DNA of 64,000 bases from an uncultured Desulfobacter sp. (GCA_963665095.1 OY762069.1:1504001-1568000), one strand, 5' to 3'; numbered from the stretch's first letter, positions 1 through 10,814 are shown. Notes: generated from the sequence alone by a model not told the origin. Made by a program: numbers and translations.

Positions 1-562
1 GTTAAACGATGCCTGGGCAGCCCTTTTATGGGTATGGCAGCATGGAGAAAAAAAACTGCATGCAGACACGTCAAAAATCATTGTGGCAGGTGACAGTGCC
101 GGCGGCAACCTGGCCGCAGCAGTATCAATAATGGCAAGGGACAGGCAGGGACCTGCCATTGCCGCTCAGATACTGATCTATCCGGTTACCAACCCGTCAT
201 CGATGAGGACCGAATCATATAAGCATTTTTCCAAAGGCTATTTTCTGACAAAATCATATATGAATCATTTCATATCAATGTATCTCCCTGACCCGGAAGT
301 AAGAAAGAACCCGTATGCATCCCCGCTGATAGCCGATTCTTTCAAGGATCTGCCGCCGGCTATTGTGATTACAGCCCAGTTTGACCCACTCCGGGACGAA
401 GGCGAACAATACGTTGAAAAATTGAAATATGCAAATATCCCTGTATCACACACCTGCTACAAAGGCATGATTCACGGATTTCTTTCCATGGATCGGATTT
501 TTGGCGATGCCCAGCAGGCCGTGGACCATATCGCCATCCTTCTTAAGCCCTATCTGCAATAG
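1..562 (+). CDS. Alpha/beta hydrolase (HSL-family esterase/lipase), 5'-partial at window edge
   Basis: GDSAGG nucleophile motif, DPLRDEG (Asp) and HGF (His) catalytic motifs; the frame appears to run in from the window start. Confidence 0.85.
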   Translation, partial: LNDAWAALLWVWQHGEKKLHADTSKIIVAGDSAGGNLAAAVSIMARDRQGPAIAAQILIYPVTNPSSMRTESYKHFSKGYFLTKSYMNHFISMYLPDPEVRKNPYASPLIADSFKDLPPAIVITAQFDPLRDEGEQYVEKLKYANIPVSHTCYKGMIHGFLSMDRIFGDAQQAVDHIAILLKPYLQ

Positions 563-670
563 TGGATACCGGTTAAACTCCTGTTCGACAGTCATAGGTT
601 TACAAAAACTCAAAAACAGCGCCAATAAAGGGATACGGCGATCGGCAAAAATGGCGTAGTGCCTACAAAT

Positions 671-1350
671 TTAGGGGGTGGTTTGAATGGATTTGATCTT
701 TTTATGAGGTGATATCTTCATTTTTTTGAATATGTTGCGCTGATTTGGAGTCAATTCTGTGTACTGTAGTATACGTCCATCTTTATGCAAAAATTTCCCC
801 AGATGCAGGCGCTCGAGCTCGGCCCGCACCCGCGGCCAGGTCATGCCGGCCTCGAGTTCCGCGATCCTTACCAGCAGCAGGGCAAGCCAGCATAGCAGGA
901 CATGGGATCTGATGCTGTCGTCCTTGGTATGGTAGACCGGCCTGAGGGACAGGGTTGATTTCAGTGTACGGAAAGCCCGCTCAACCTCCATTAGCTGTTT
1001 ATAGCCAAGGGCTACGTCTTCATCAGACAAACTTTGGTCGCTGTGCTTAAAAGATACTTGCCATCCAGCTTTTCGCATTGCCTGACCTTGGCTTTGTCCA
1101 CAGCGAGCTTCCCGGATTTCAACTCCTTGAGATACCTGCCCATGGACCGGTGGGCAAGCAGGGCATATTTTGCCTTGAGAAAGGATTTTTCCTGTAGCTT
1201 ACCCATAGCTTCCAGTTCAGCCTTGATCCGTTCCAGATTTCTTTCACGGACATGCTTGTCGTGTTCAGCCTGCTCTGGATTGTGTGCAACAACAAATCGG
1301 CGTTTCCCGCTACCCCCTCCGACATAGACCTCTTTAATATGAAGGTTCTC
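671..1350 (-). pseudogene. IS1634-like transposase, C-terminal remnant with a frameshift
   Basis: Frame ENLHIKEV...RRFVVAHNPEQA...LDGKYLLST shifts near 1040 to SDQSLSDEDVALGYKQLMEVERAFRTLK...LRPVYH...IRSHVLLCWLA; its 5' part is replaced by aconitase sequence at ~1350. Confidence 0.7.
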
Positions 1351-1807
1351 TCCAGGTTGACCTGGTGGCAGATCCCGGAGTTGGGCGGAACCACCCTGAA
1401 GTTATCAAAGCTTGCCTGGGCCCATTTTAAAAGCCGGTAGTGCTCCTCATTGCGCTCATACTCTTTGGCCACATTCTTCTGCCGGCAATCCAGGGTGCCG
1501 TGGAAATCCACCTGAACGAAATGGTCCACCACCAGCTCCACCGGAATCATGGGGTTGACCAGGGAAGGGTCTTTGCCTGCTTCGGCCAGGGCATCACATC
1601 GCTGGAGGAGGCGTGACCGCCAGCAGATTTGCGCAACAGATTTTCCACGAGCACCCGGATGGAAAACGGCAGCCTGGCCAGTTCAGCCCCAGCCTTTACA
1701 TCCAGATGATGAAGGTTATAAAATAGACAGGTCTGATCACCGACCTGGATCTCATCCATAAAATCATCCGCATTTAAGACGGTAGAATTGCCTTCACTGG
1801 TCCCCAT
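1350..1807 (-). pseudogene. acnA: Aconitate hydratase (AcnA) 5' fragment with an internal 124-bp deletion
   Basis: LPFSIRVLVENLLR, PVELVVDH and VVPPNSGICHQVNLE motifs; near-identical to 49777-50358. Confidence 0.85.
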
Positions 1808-1988
1808 TTATTGTCTCCTTACCTGGTTTAATTTCCGGGTTTAATTACCGGGCTTCAGGCAATGCCTGTTTTTTTATCTGCTGTTTTCCTGTTTATAATT
1901 TTATCCGCCTTTGACTTGATTGGATTGGATTGACTGGCTGAATCGATTGGTGAAATTGGTAATTTTCATTCTTTCGAATTCTTAAGAC
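1350..1988. repeat. Direct-repeat copy 1 of the acnA 5' region plus upstream DNA (copy 2 at 49777-50539)
   Basis: Manual alignment shows scattered substitutions and one 124-bp gap. Confidence 0.9.
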
Positions 1989-3515
1989 TCAACTTTCGGG
2001 ATTCGTTGAGACAGACTGCAGACCAGCCAACTCATTGAATTTATAACATAAAAACTTGTAGAGCCCAGCTGTTTGATATATAATAAATTCGCTAAAAAAA
2101 TACAATAATATCAAACAGTAAGGGCTCACATGATACATACCAATATTGAAACAAAAACTCAAACAGACATTCAGATTTTAGGCAAAATTGATGACTTTTT
2201 CAGCAAATTTTCCATTGCTACATCTTTGCACCGATGTGGTGTCCGAAAACGTCATGGATATAGTGTCCGTTCATTGATTATGGCTATATTTACATTACCA
2301 TTCCTGCAAAAAGATTTCTTTAGGGGAATTGTAATCAATGACGACTTGTCATTTGGTAAAGACGCTGCATATGAAGTTCTCAAGGGTGGGAACTCTAACT
2401 GGCGGCGCTTACTTTTGTCTGTTGGTATCAAACTGTACCATTTTTTCGATCCATTAACCGATGAAAATCGTGAATCGGTACTGATCGCCGATGATAGCCC
2501 TTATGATCGCTCCCGGTCAAAAAAAGTCGAGCTTCTTTCAAGGGTATGGGATCATAGCACTGGTAAATTTATCAAGGGATTCAGAATGCTGACACTCTGC
2601 TGGTCAGATGGGCCAGTTGTCTGCCGTTAGATTTTTGTCTTCTGTCCTCCTCAGATGCCAAAAAGCATCTTTGTGAAAATCAAAAAATCATGGATAAAAG
2701 ATGCACCGCATGGAAACGAAGGCAAGAGGCTATAATTACAGCACCCGAGAATCTGGAAGCCATGGTCAAACGGGTTCTGGCTACAGGCGTTCGTGCAAAA
2801 CATATATTGATGGATAGCTGGTTTATGATGCCCGCCACAGTTACAGCATTAAGCAAATACATTAATGTTGTGGGGATGGTGAAGAAACATCAAAAATTCA
2901 TTATGAATTCAACGGGAATTGGGTGGATGTGAAAGCGATCTACCGGCAACTCAAAAAGCGTCGTGGTCGGGCAAAGCTCCTGGCAAGTACCATCGTTACT
3001 CTGAAGGGTGGATTGTCTGCCAGGCTTGTTTTTGTGCGCGACCGGCGCAAGAAGGACTGGTTGGTGTTACTCTCCACAGACCTTGAATTGTCAAATGAAG
3101 ACATCGTTCGAATTTATGGTAAACGCTGGGATATTGAGGTGTTGTTCAAAATGGCAAAACAGCATCTGAAGCTGGCAAAAGAGATGCAATGCCGAGACTA
3201 TGACGCCCTGGTGGCCCACACCACTATTGTTTTCATGCGATATATGTTTTTGGCCTATCAAAATCGAACCCAAACGGATGACAAGACCTTTGGAGAATTG
3301 TTCTATGCCTGCTGCGAGGAGGTCGCCGATATATCTTTTGTTGAAGCTCTTTACAGAATAATGATTATTGCCGGTGACCAGTTGAAAAAAATGGGTAACT
3401 ATTGTGAGCAGACCGCGACAGCGTTTTTTGATGCTGTTATGGGAACAACCCTCCAGCAATTCGGTTTTGTAGAAAATCGAAAGTTAGCTGGTAATTTTTA
3501 AACCCGAAAGTTGAG
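1988..3515 (+). mobile_element. IS4-superfamily (IS4/IS701-like) insertion sequence, 1528 bp
   Basis: 13-bp terminal inverted repeats CTCAACTTTCGGG (1988-2000) / CCCGAAAGTTGAG (3503-3515) around a DDE transposase; no clear target duplication. Confidence 0.8.
2130..3501 (+). pseudogene. DDE transposase in three frames (two 1-nt frameshifts near 2612 and 2887)
   Basis: ADDSPYDR, LMDSWF and YGKRWDIEVLFK (Y-R-E-K) motifs split across ORFs 2130-2630, 2690-2932 and 2923-3501. Confidence 0.8.
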
Positions 3516-3519
3516 TTAT

Positions 3520-3548
3520 TTGACAAAACCTGTTTTGTTCTCCATTAT
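3520..3548 (+). promoter_or_regulatory. Putative sigma70 promoter of the ileS leader
   Basis: TTGACA (3520-3525), 17-bp spacer, CATTAT (3543-3548), just upstream of the T-box leader. Confidence 0.5.
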
Positions 3549-3557
3549 TGATTCAAT

Positions 3558-3866
3558 TGCGATGATGGAGAAGAGTAAAACACACGCTTTGTCACAAGAG
3601 AAGCTGCCCATTGGCTGGAAGGCGGCCGGCACAAGCCTGTTTGAAAATCACTCCTGAGCAGCCCGGGTGAACTTGTTTTTTTAACGCAAAACTAATCCGG
3701 GCCGTGTTGCCTGCGTCAAGGGTAAGGGGGATGATGGTCCCCTGATGAGTGCGGCATGGAATCGGATGTTTCATGACCGAAGTAAGGTGGTACCGCGGAA
3801 AACCTTTTGTTTTTCGTCCTTACATTGATTTAATGAAAGGATGAAAAACAAAAGGTTTTTTCTTTT
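3558..3866 (+). promoter_or_regulatory. T-box riboswitch (Ile specifier) with antiterminator and terminator
   Basis: Stem I with AGAGA and GCTG motifs; specifier ATC at 3647-3649; T-box AAGGTGGTACCGCG at 3784-3797; hairpin 3799-3821 / 3837-3859 followed by a T-run; lies directly before ileS. Confidence 0.9.
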
Positions 3867-3902
3867 GCTTCGTCCGTAAACCTGTAAAGGAGCAATTACC
3901 TG

Positions 3903-6900
3903 ATGGCACCAGTACCTTCATCTGTCTCTTTCCCAAAGCTTGAGGAAGAGATCCTCAATTTCTGGAAAGAGAACCGGATTTTTGAGAAATCCCTTGAAAA
4001 AACCAAAGACAAACCACCCTATATCTTTTACGACGGCCCGCCCTTTGCCACAGGCATGCCCCACTACGGCCATATCCTGACCTCTTATATCAAGGACACC
4101 ATCCCGCGGTTTTTCACCATGCAGGGACGGTTTGTAGACCGCAGGTGGGGATGGGACTGCCATGGGCTTCCCATTGAGTACGAGATCGAAAAAAAACTTG
4201 GCATCAGCGGAAAACAGGCCATTGAAGCATACGGCATTGACCAGTTCAACCGGGCCTGCGCACAGATCGTTCTTAAATATGCCGACAGCTGGAAAAAGGT
4301 CATTGACCGCATCGGCCGGTGGGTGGATTTCAGCCGCCAGTACAGGACTATGGATCTTTCATATATGGAAAGCGTGATGTGGGTCTTCAAAACCCTTTAT
4401 GACAAGGGGCTGATCTATGAAAGCCTTAAAGTGGTTCCCTATTGCAACCGCTGCCAGACCCCTTTGTCCAACTTTGAGACCGGTCTGGATGACGCATACC
4501 GCCTCCGGGATGATCCTGCGGTGACCGTGGCTTTCAAGGACAGTACAGATCCTGAACTTTTCTATCTTGCATGGACAACGACACCATGGACCCTGCCCTC
4601 CAACCTGGCACTGGCCGTGAATCCGGACCTTGATTACTGCCTTGTGGAAAAGGAAAATTCCGGTAAGCTCATCCTTGCCGAGGCCCGGTTTAAAAGCTAT
4701 AGAAAACAGTTAGAAGAGGCGACCATAGTTAAACGCTTCAAGGGTGAGACCCTTGTGGGCCGCTCCTACTTACCCCTGTTTGATTTTGCAAAGGAGACGG
4801 TGGGAAACAGGCCTGAAAATGGTAACCGATTCACGATCCTTGCCGCCGACTATGTGGATGCTGAATCCGGGACAGGCATTGTTCATACCGCGCCAGCCTT
4901 TGGAGAAGAGGATTTTAACCTGTGCCGGGATGCAGGCATTGACCCCTTCGACCCTGTGGGTCCGGACGGATGCTTTACCCGGGATGCAGCCGCGCTTGAA
5001 GGAACAGACGTGTTCCAGGCCAACGCCCTGATCATCAGGCAGCTTAAAAAAAAGGGACAGGTGTTCTCACACGAAAGCTATCGCCACTCCTATCCCCATT
5101 GCTGGCGCTGTGACAATCCCTTGATCTACAGGACCATCAGTTCCTGGTATGTGAAGGTTACGGCATTTAAAGAGCTTATGTCTGAAAAAAACCGGAACAT
5201 CAACTGGATTCCCGATCATATCAAAGAGGGACGGTTCGGCAGGTGGCTGGAGGGTGCCAGGGACTGGGCCATCAGCCGGAACAGGTTCTGGGGCAGCCCC
5301 ATTCCGGTCTGGCGGTGTGACACATGCAACGCTGAATTTGTGCCGGGAAGTCTTGAGCAGCTGTCAAAAGCTGCGGGCCAAAAGGTTGCGGACTTGCACC
5401 GTCCGGACTGCGACAATATCCATTTCAGCTGTACCAAACCGGGATGCAAGGGCAAAATGGGCCGGGTTCCCGAGGTGCTGGACTGCTGGTTTGAATCCGG
5501 GGCCATGCCCTATGCCCAGGTCCATTTCCCCTTTGAAAACCACAATGGATTTGAACAGAACTTTCCTGCATCCTTTATCGTGGAGTACGTGGCACAGACT
5601 CGGGGCTGGTTTTACACTCTTATGGTGGAATCTGCTGCCATCATGGAAAAACACCCCTTTGAAAATGCCATCTGCCATGGAGTGATCCTGGCCGACGACG
5701 GCAGAAAGATGTCCAAGAGCCTGAAAAACTTCCCGGACCCCATGAAGGTGGTCCGGGCACACGGCAGTGACGGGTTGCGGATATACCTGCTCTCTTCGGC
5801 GGTGGTCAAAGGGGCGGATATTCGATTTTGTGAAAATGGGGTCAAGGACTCGGTTCGACGCTATCTGATCCCTTTATGGAACAGTTTCCATTTTTTTACC
5901 TCCTATGCGGAACTTGCCAAAGGATATACACCGGCTACCATTCAATTACCCGGCCCTGGGGCGAATATGGCGGACCGCCATATCCTAAGCGAGCTTGAAA
6001 CCCTGAAAATCGAAGTTGCACAGGCAACCGAAGCATATGCGCTGCCTAAATGCTACGCAAGGATTCTGGATTTTATCGAAACCCTGTCCGGCTGGTATAT
6101 CCGTAATAACCGGGAACGGTTCTGGGTGGATAAAATCAATCCGGACTCCGCTGCAGCTTTTAATACGCTTTACACGGTTTTGGTGGAGGCCTCACGCATA
6201 TGTGCACCTTTTATTCCTTTTACAACAGAGTACATTCATCGCCATTTAACTGAGGAATCGGTCCATTTAGCGGATTGGCCGACGCCTGTTCCCGGGCGGC
6301 TGGATGAAAAGCTGAACCAGGTGGTGGCCCAGGTCCGGGCTCTGATCGAAGGCGGGAGAAGTCTGCGGGAAAAGGCCCGGATCAACCTGAGACAGCCCCT
6401 GCTCTTTATCCGGGTTGCAGGCCTGCCAGAGAACGATCTTGAACAGTTTTCATCTCTGATCCGGCAGCAGCTCAACGTTAAAGAGATCCGGTTTGAGCAG
6501 GATGTGGAAAGTTTTGCTGAAATTGAAATCCGACTGAATGCCAAAACCCTGGGGCCTGTGCTTAAGCAGAATTTAAAAGAGGTGATGCAACAGGTTGCCG
6601 GCAACAAGTTTACCATGGATGATGAAGGCGGGCTGATGGTCGGCAGCCACCGAATTGACCAATCAGATTATGAAAAAAGATACTCAGCCCGCAATGATAA
6701 GGAAACCGTATGGTCAGGCCGGGGTCTTGAATTATCCCTTAATCTGGAGATTTCCCGGGAACTCAGACTTGAGGGGCTGGCCCGCAATCTTAACAGGACC
6801 ATCCAAGATGCCAGAAAAAAAATGGGCCTGGCTTATGACCAGAGAGTCGTGCTTTGCATTGAGGTGGATGGAAACTACAGCGACAGCCTTGCCACCCACA

Positions 6901-7019
6901 GGAAGTGGCTCATGGCCCAGGCTCTGGCAGAAAGGATTGAATTTTGTGTGCCAAATCCTTACGCCGAACTTAAAGATGAAGACGGCACATTGAAAATCCA
7001 GGTAATTCCTGTGGAATAA
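3903..7019 (+). CDS. ileS: Isoleucine--tRNA ligase, type 2 (archaeal/eukaryote-like)
   Basis: DGPPFATGMPHYGH (HIGH-type), WTTTPWTLPSN, GTGIVH, DWAISRNRFWG and KMSKS motifs; 1038 aa with no type-1 C-terminal zinc finger. Confidence 0.95.
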   Translation: MAPVPSSVSFPKLEEEILNFWKENRIFEKSLEKTKDKPPYIFYDGPPFATGMPHYGHILTSYIKDTIPRFFTMQGRFVDRRWGWDCHGLPIEYEIEKKLGISGKQAIEAYGIDQFNRACAQIVLKYADSWKKVIDRIGRWVDFSRQYRTMDLSYMESVMWVFKTLYDKGLIYESLKVVPYCNRCQTPLSNFETGLDDAYRLRDDPAVTVAFKDSTDPELFYLAWTTTPWTLPSNLALAVNPDLDYCLVEKENSGKLILAEARFKSYRKQLEEATIVKRFKGETLVGRSYLPLFDFAKETVGNRPENGNRFTILAADYVDAESGTGIVHTAPAFGEEDFNLCRDAGIDPFDPVGPDGCFTRDAAALEGTDVFQANALIIRQLKKKGQVFSHESYRHSYPHCWRCDNPLIYRTISSWYVKVTAFKELMSEKNRNINWIPDHIKEGRFGRWLEGARDWAISRNRFWGSPIPVWRCDTCNAEFVPGSLEQLSKAAGQKVADLHRPDCDNIHFSCTKPGCKGKMGRVPEVLDCWFESGAMPYAQVHFPFENHNGFEQNFPASFIVEYVAQTRGWFYTLMVESAAIMEKHPFENAICHGVILADDGRKMSKSLKNFPDPMKVVRAHGSDGLRIYLLSSAVVKGADIRFCENGVKDSVRRYLIPLWNSFHFFTSYAELAKGYTPATIQLPGPGANMADRHILSELETLKIEVAQATEAYALPKCYARILDFIETLSGWYIRNNRERFWVDKINPDSAAAFNTLYTVLVEASRICAPFIPFTTEYIHRHLTEESVHLADWPTPVPGRLDEKLNQVVAQVRALIEGGRSLREKARINLRQPLLFIRVAGLPENDLEQFSSLIRQQLNVKEIRFEQDVESFAEIEIRLNAKTLGPVLKQNLKEVMQQVAGNKFTMDDEGGLMVGSHRIDQSDYEKRYSARNDKETVWSGRGLELSLNLEISRELRLEGLARNLNRTIQDARKKMGLAYDQRVVLCIEVDGNYSDSLATHRKWLMAQALAERIEFCVPNPYAELKDEDGTLKIQVIPVE

Positions 7020-7028
7020 AGGGTAAAT

Positions 7029-7071
7029 ATCACCCCCCGGGGGCAAGATGTCCTTCCCCCCGGAGGGTGAT
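7029..7071. terminator. GC-rich hairpin between convergent ileS and lon
   Basis: ATCACCCCCCGGGGG ... CCCCCGGAGGGTGAT inverted repeat followed by a T-rich run. Confidence 0.6.
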
Positions 7072-7094
7072 TTATTCCTTTTTTTAAGGGTGGT

Positions 7095-9491
7095 TCAGGC
7101 TTCCGTGAAAACCGGGCTTACACCCATGTTTTCAGGAAGTGTGCCCAGCCGTAGTGTCTCGGATCTGGGCAGATCAATACCAATGGTTTCCCTGATCAGA
7201 TCCTCCACCGTATGAATTGTTACAAACGTTAATTGATCTCTGACGTCTTCGGGAATCTTGGTCAGGTCAACTTCATTCTCCTCCGGCAAAATAATTTTCT
7301 TTAATCCTGCCCGGTGGGCCGCCAGCACCTTTTCCTTGATGCCGCCCACAGGAAGGATGTGACCCCTTAATGTAATTTCCCCGGTCATGGCAAGGGATGG
7401 ATCAATCTTGCGGCCCAGGATCAGTGATGTGATGGCCGTAAACATGCCCACCCCGGCTGACGGCCCGTCCTTGGGCATAGCCCCTGCCGGGATATGAATA
7501 TGCAGATCGTTTTTCTGGAAGTCAAAATCCTTGAGGGCAAACGCCAGCCGGGACCTGAAAAGCCCCATGGATATAGTAGCCGACTCTTTCATCACCTCCC
7601 CGAGCTGACCGGTCAGGGTTAGTCGGCCGGTTCCGGGCATGTGGACCGCTTCAATAAAAAGGATCTCGCCGCCCATGGGTGTCCAGGCAAGGCCCGTTAC
7701 CACGCCGGGAGGACTATCCGCCTGGGCCACATCATGTCTTATCCTGACAGGGCCAAGTATCTGTTCCAAGGTCTCTTCAGTGACCATATACGGCTGCTCG
7801 GCTGTACCGGAAACAATTTTTCTGGACGCAAATCCAGCCACCTGGTCCAGCTGCTGGCGAAGCGCCCTGACACCTGCTTCAAGGGTATACTTATCAATGA
7901 TTGCTTTTAACGCATCCTCTGTGATCTCAAGTTGGGATTTTTTAATACCATGTTCATCAAACACTCGTTTCAGCAGATGGTCTTTGGCAATGCGCAGCTT
8001 TTCGCCCGCCGTATACCCGGAGACGTCGATCACCTCCATCCGATCCAGAAGCGGGGCCGGTATCCCTCTTTTATCATTGGCCGTTGCAATGAAGAATACG
8101 TCTGACAGATCATAGGGGACCTCCAGGTAATGATCGGAAAAACTTTTGTTCTGTTCGGGATCAAGAACCTCGAGCAGGGCGCTTGACGGGTCTCCATGGA
8201 ATGCCGAAACCAGCTTGTCCACTTCGTCCAGAACAAACACCGGGTTCTTTTCCCCTGCTTTTTTCATGCCCTGGATGATCCGCCCGGGCAGCGCACCCAC
8301 ATATGTTCTTCTATGGCCCCGGATCTCTGCCTCATCCCTGACACCGCCCAGGCTGATCCGGACATATTTTCTGTCCAGAGCTTTGGCAATGCCCGCTCCA
8401 AGACTTGTTTTCCCGGTGCCCGGAGGCCCGACCAACAGCAGGATAGAGCCCTGTTTTTCTTTTTTAAGCTTCATCACAGACAGGTGCTCAAGGATCCGTT
8501 CCTTTATTTTTTCCTGCCCGTGGTGATGGGCATTGAGCAGTTCTTCGGCATGGTCAATATCGATATCCTTATCTTTTGTGACCTGCCAAGGCAATGCCAC
8601 CAGAAAGTCAAGATAGTTTTTGATGACAGGGGTTTCATGACCGGCCTGCCCCTGCTCCTTTAATTTAGCCAACTCTTCCAGAGCTGCCTGCTCTACCTCC
8701 TCGGGCATACCGGCCTCTTTGATCAGGCGTGCATAATCTTTTTTGCCGGCGGACTCAGGTGCGTCTTCATCCAGCTCCCGGTGGATCTGTTTGAGCTGCT
8801 CTTTTAAAAAGGCCTTTCTGTATTTTTCATTGCTCTGCGCAGAAAATTTCTCCGCCATCTCAATCTGGAGAAGGATGGACGTCTTGTGCTTGAGAAGAAT
8901 GTCCATAAAAGCAATGCCCCTTTCCTTGAGAGAGTCGGTTTCAAGAAGCTGCTGTTTCTCTTTCATGGGAATGGGGATGAACGGCAGGAGATATCCCATG
9001 GTCTCAGGGATGGAATCCATCTGCCGGATGCGCTGGGCATAGGCTTCGGAGCCTTTGAACTGAACGGCTATGTCATGGGCGATATCCTTGATGTAATCCA
9101 GCATCTGCGCCTTACTTTTCAGGTCCATATCCTCATGGTCCGGTGCCGCTGTGACCGTGGCCGTAATCTGGCTGTCAGTTATATCAAGGGATTGAACAGC
9201 CACCCGTAAGCGTCCGCTGGTCCGGAACAGATCATGACCGCTTTTAGATGTGTGGGATTTTAACTCGATGAGCGTTCCTGTGGAAAAAAACGCCTCAGGC
9301 TCCAAAAGCCCTGGATTCCCCCCTTCTTTGACAGAAATGGCCACAGCCAGGTTTTCCCCCTGGTCCATGCGTTTTTTAAGCAGATTTCCCAGGGCTTTAT
9401 CGACCTCAATCTCAAGGGTTGATTCAGGGAACAATACAGTCCGGGTAACGGGTACGACAATATATGTTGAGGTTTCAAGTGTTGATACCAT
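7095..9491 (-). CDS. lon: ATP-dependent protease La (Lon)
   Basis: Walker A GPPGTGKTS, RGHRRTYVGALPG, catalytic PKDGPSAG and GGIKEK motifs. Confidence 0.95.
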   Translation of the reverse strand: MVSTLETSTYIVVPVTRTVLFPESTLEIEVDKALGNLLKKRMDQGENLAVAISVKEGGNPGLLEPEAFFSTGTLIELKSHTSKSGHDLFRTSGRLRVAVQSLDITDSQITATVTAAPDHEDMDLKSKAQMLDYIKDIAHDIAVQFKGSEAYAQRIRQMDSIPETMGYLLPFIPIPMKEKQQLLETDSLKERGIAFMDILLKHKTSILLQIEMAEKFSAQSNEKYRKAFLKEQLKQIHRELDEDAPESAGKKDYARLIKEAGMPEEVEQAALEELAKLKEQGQAGHETPVIKNYLDFLVALPWQVTKDKDIDIDHAEELLNAHHHGQEKIKERILEHLSVMKLKKEKQGSILLLVGPPGTGKTSLGAGIAKALDRKYVRISLGGVRDEAEIRGHRRTYVGALPGRIIQGMKKAGEKNPVFVLDEVDKLVSAFHGDPSSALLEVLDPEQNKSFSDHYLEVPYDLSDVFFIATANDKRGIPAPLLDRMEVIDVSGYTAGEKLRIAKDHLLKRVFDEHGIKKSQLEITEDALKAIIDKYTLEAGVRALRQQLDQVAGFASRKIVSGTAEQPYMVTEETLEQILGPVRIRHDVAQADSPPGVVTGLAWTPMGGEILFIEAVHMPGTGRLTLTGQLGEVMKESATISMGLFRSRLAFALKDFDFQKNDLHIHIPAGAMPKDGPSAGVGMFTAITSLILGRKIDPSLAMTGEITLRGHILPVGGIKEKVLAAHRAGLKKIILPEENEVDLTKIPEDVRDQLTFVTIHTVEDLIRETIGIDLPRSETLRLGTLPENMGVSPVFTEA

Positions 9492-9730
9492 TGATTTCTC
9501 CTTTTGGTGTCGGTTGAACGATGGTCATCAAGCATACAATAGGGATGATTTAAATTAGTTCAATGAAAACTAACAATATTTCTTTTATATTCCTCAAACG
9601 GTTTCAGGTATCTGGGTACTAAAGATGTAAAACAATGCTTGGTGTAGGATTCTCGCCTTTATCTTGACAGAATAAACCATATCAATTAATTAAACGTTAA
9701 CTAACAGTTTTACGCAAAACCGGAGGCGTT

Positions 9731-10141
9731 TTGGACAGGGAAGCGATATACGAAGTCATCAGAAAATTCAGCCGGCTGGGCCGGGAGTGCAGTCATGAGG
9801 TCTCTGAAAAACTGGAAGCTTGCGAACTTCAGGCCAATCAATTGGATTATTTGAAAATGATAGACCAAACCCTGGAAATGACCTGCTCAGAACTGGCCGC
9901 ACAGTTGCATATCACCAAACCTTCGGTCACCGGCATTGTCAACAAGCTCATGGATCTGGGCGTGGTTGAAAAATCACGCTGCACCAGGGATAAACGCATT
10001 CACTATATCAAGCTGACAGAAAAAGGCCGCAATATCACCCGTCTGGAATACCTTGCCCATCAGCGCATGGTGGACAGAATCCTGGAAGCCTTATCCGAAG
10101 AAGAAGTTCAAACCTTTATCCGGCTGACGCAAAAACTGTAA
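9731..10141 (+). CDS. MarR-family transcriptional regulator
   Basis: SELAAQLHITKPSVTGIVNKL helix-turn-helix, DKR...LTEKG wing; GGAGG RBS before a TTG start. Confidence 0.85.
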   Translation: MDREAIYEVIRKFSRLGRECSHEVSEKLEACELQANQLDYLKMIDQTLEMTCSELAAQLHITKPSVTGIVNKLMDLGVVEKSRCTRDKRIHYIKLTEKGRNITRLEYLAHQRMVDRILEALSEEEVQTFIRLTQKL

Positions 10142-10328
10142 GCCTGGCAGGTTTCAGGTTCTGGTTCTGCAGAAATCTGGTACTGCCCTGCCCTCTCCTA
10201 TCAGGAAGAGCCAGGAGACGCATGCGGCTGCGTGGTTGCAGATCCGTACGGCTGTTACGTCTCATGCTGTTGCTGCTAACAGCAGGATTTTTTGTACGCT
10301 TGGTATTTATATCACGCCAGAGCCGGCA

Positions 10329-10664
10329 TCAGGCTAACGCATCGGTTTTGGCAGCCATGGCAAAATCATTTTTATGCAGGCCTTTTATTTTGTGGGTTGT
10401 CCACAACACTTCCACACGCCCCCAGTCCAGAACCAGTGTGGGATGATGATATTCGGCTTCAGCCAGCTCCCCGACCTGGTTTACAAAGGCAAGTGCCTGC
10501 TTGAAATTTTTAAACCGAAACACCCGCTTAAGGGTCTTGACTCCCTTCACCTCAATAATTTCCCAGTCCGGAACCTGACCTTTAAATACGGTTATCTCGT
10601 CTTCAGTCGCAACGGCACCTCCCTTTTCACAGGGAACACATTTATGAGTTATCAAACTTTCCAT
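10329..10664 (-). CDS. phhB: Pterin-4-alpha-carbinolamine dehydratase
   Basis: CVPC N-terminus, FKNFKQALAF, EYHHP and THKIKGLHKNDF motifs; GGAGG RBS. Confidence 0.9.
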   Translation of the reverse strand: MESLITHKCVPCEKGGAVATEDEITVFKGQVPDWEIIEVKGVKTLKRVFRFKNFKQALAFVNQVGELAEAEYHHPTLVLDWGRVEVLWTTHKIKGLHKNDFAMAAKTDALA

Positions 10665-10814
10665 AACAACCTCCATTGGATAGGGTTTTTGCCTCTTCAT
10701 ATTAGTATAATCAGTGATCCGGGGCTGTCACGGAATTTAAAATGCAGACAAGTTCGCTGCCGGCCAACCTATGCAATTCCAATGTAAATACAATGACATT
10801 GGGCCAATAGTAAA

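Noticed and set aside
1119..1550. 143-aa ORF suggesting a novel aconitase fusion protein
   Set aside because: It is an aconitase fragment reading out of frame into an IS remnant across a deletion junction
1820..1960. Degenerate TTGGA/TTGA repeats and GGTTTAATT direct repeats upstream of acnA
   Set aside because: Short and irregular, with no spacer structure; not CRISPR-like and no function can be supported
2600..2930. Possible programmed frameshifting in the transposase
   Set aside because: Two separate single-base losses in short G and A runs; decay or sequencing error is more likely and cannot be told apart here
3592..3774. 60-aa minus-strand ORF
   Set aside because: Antisense to the T-box leader; no RBS or motif
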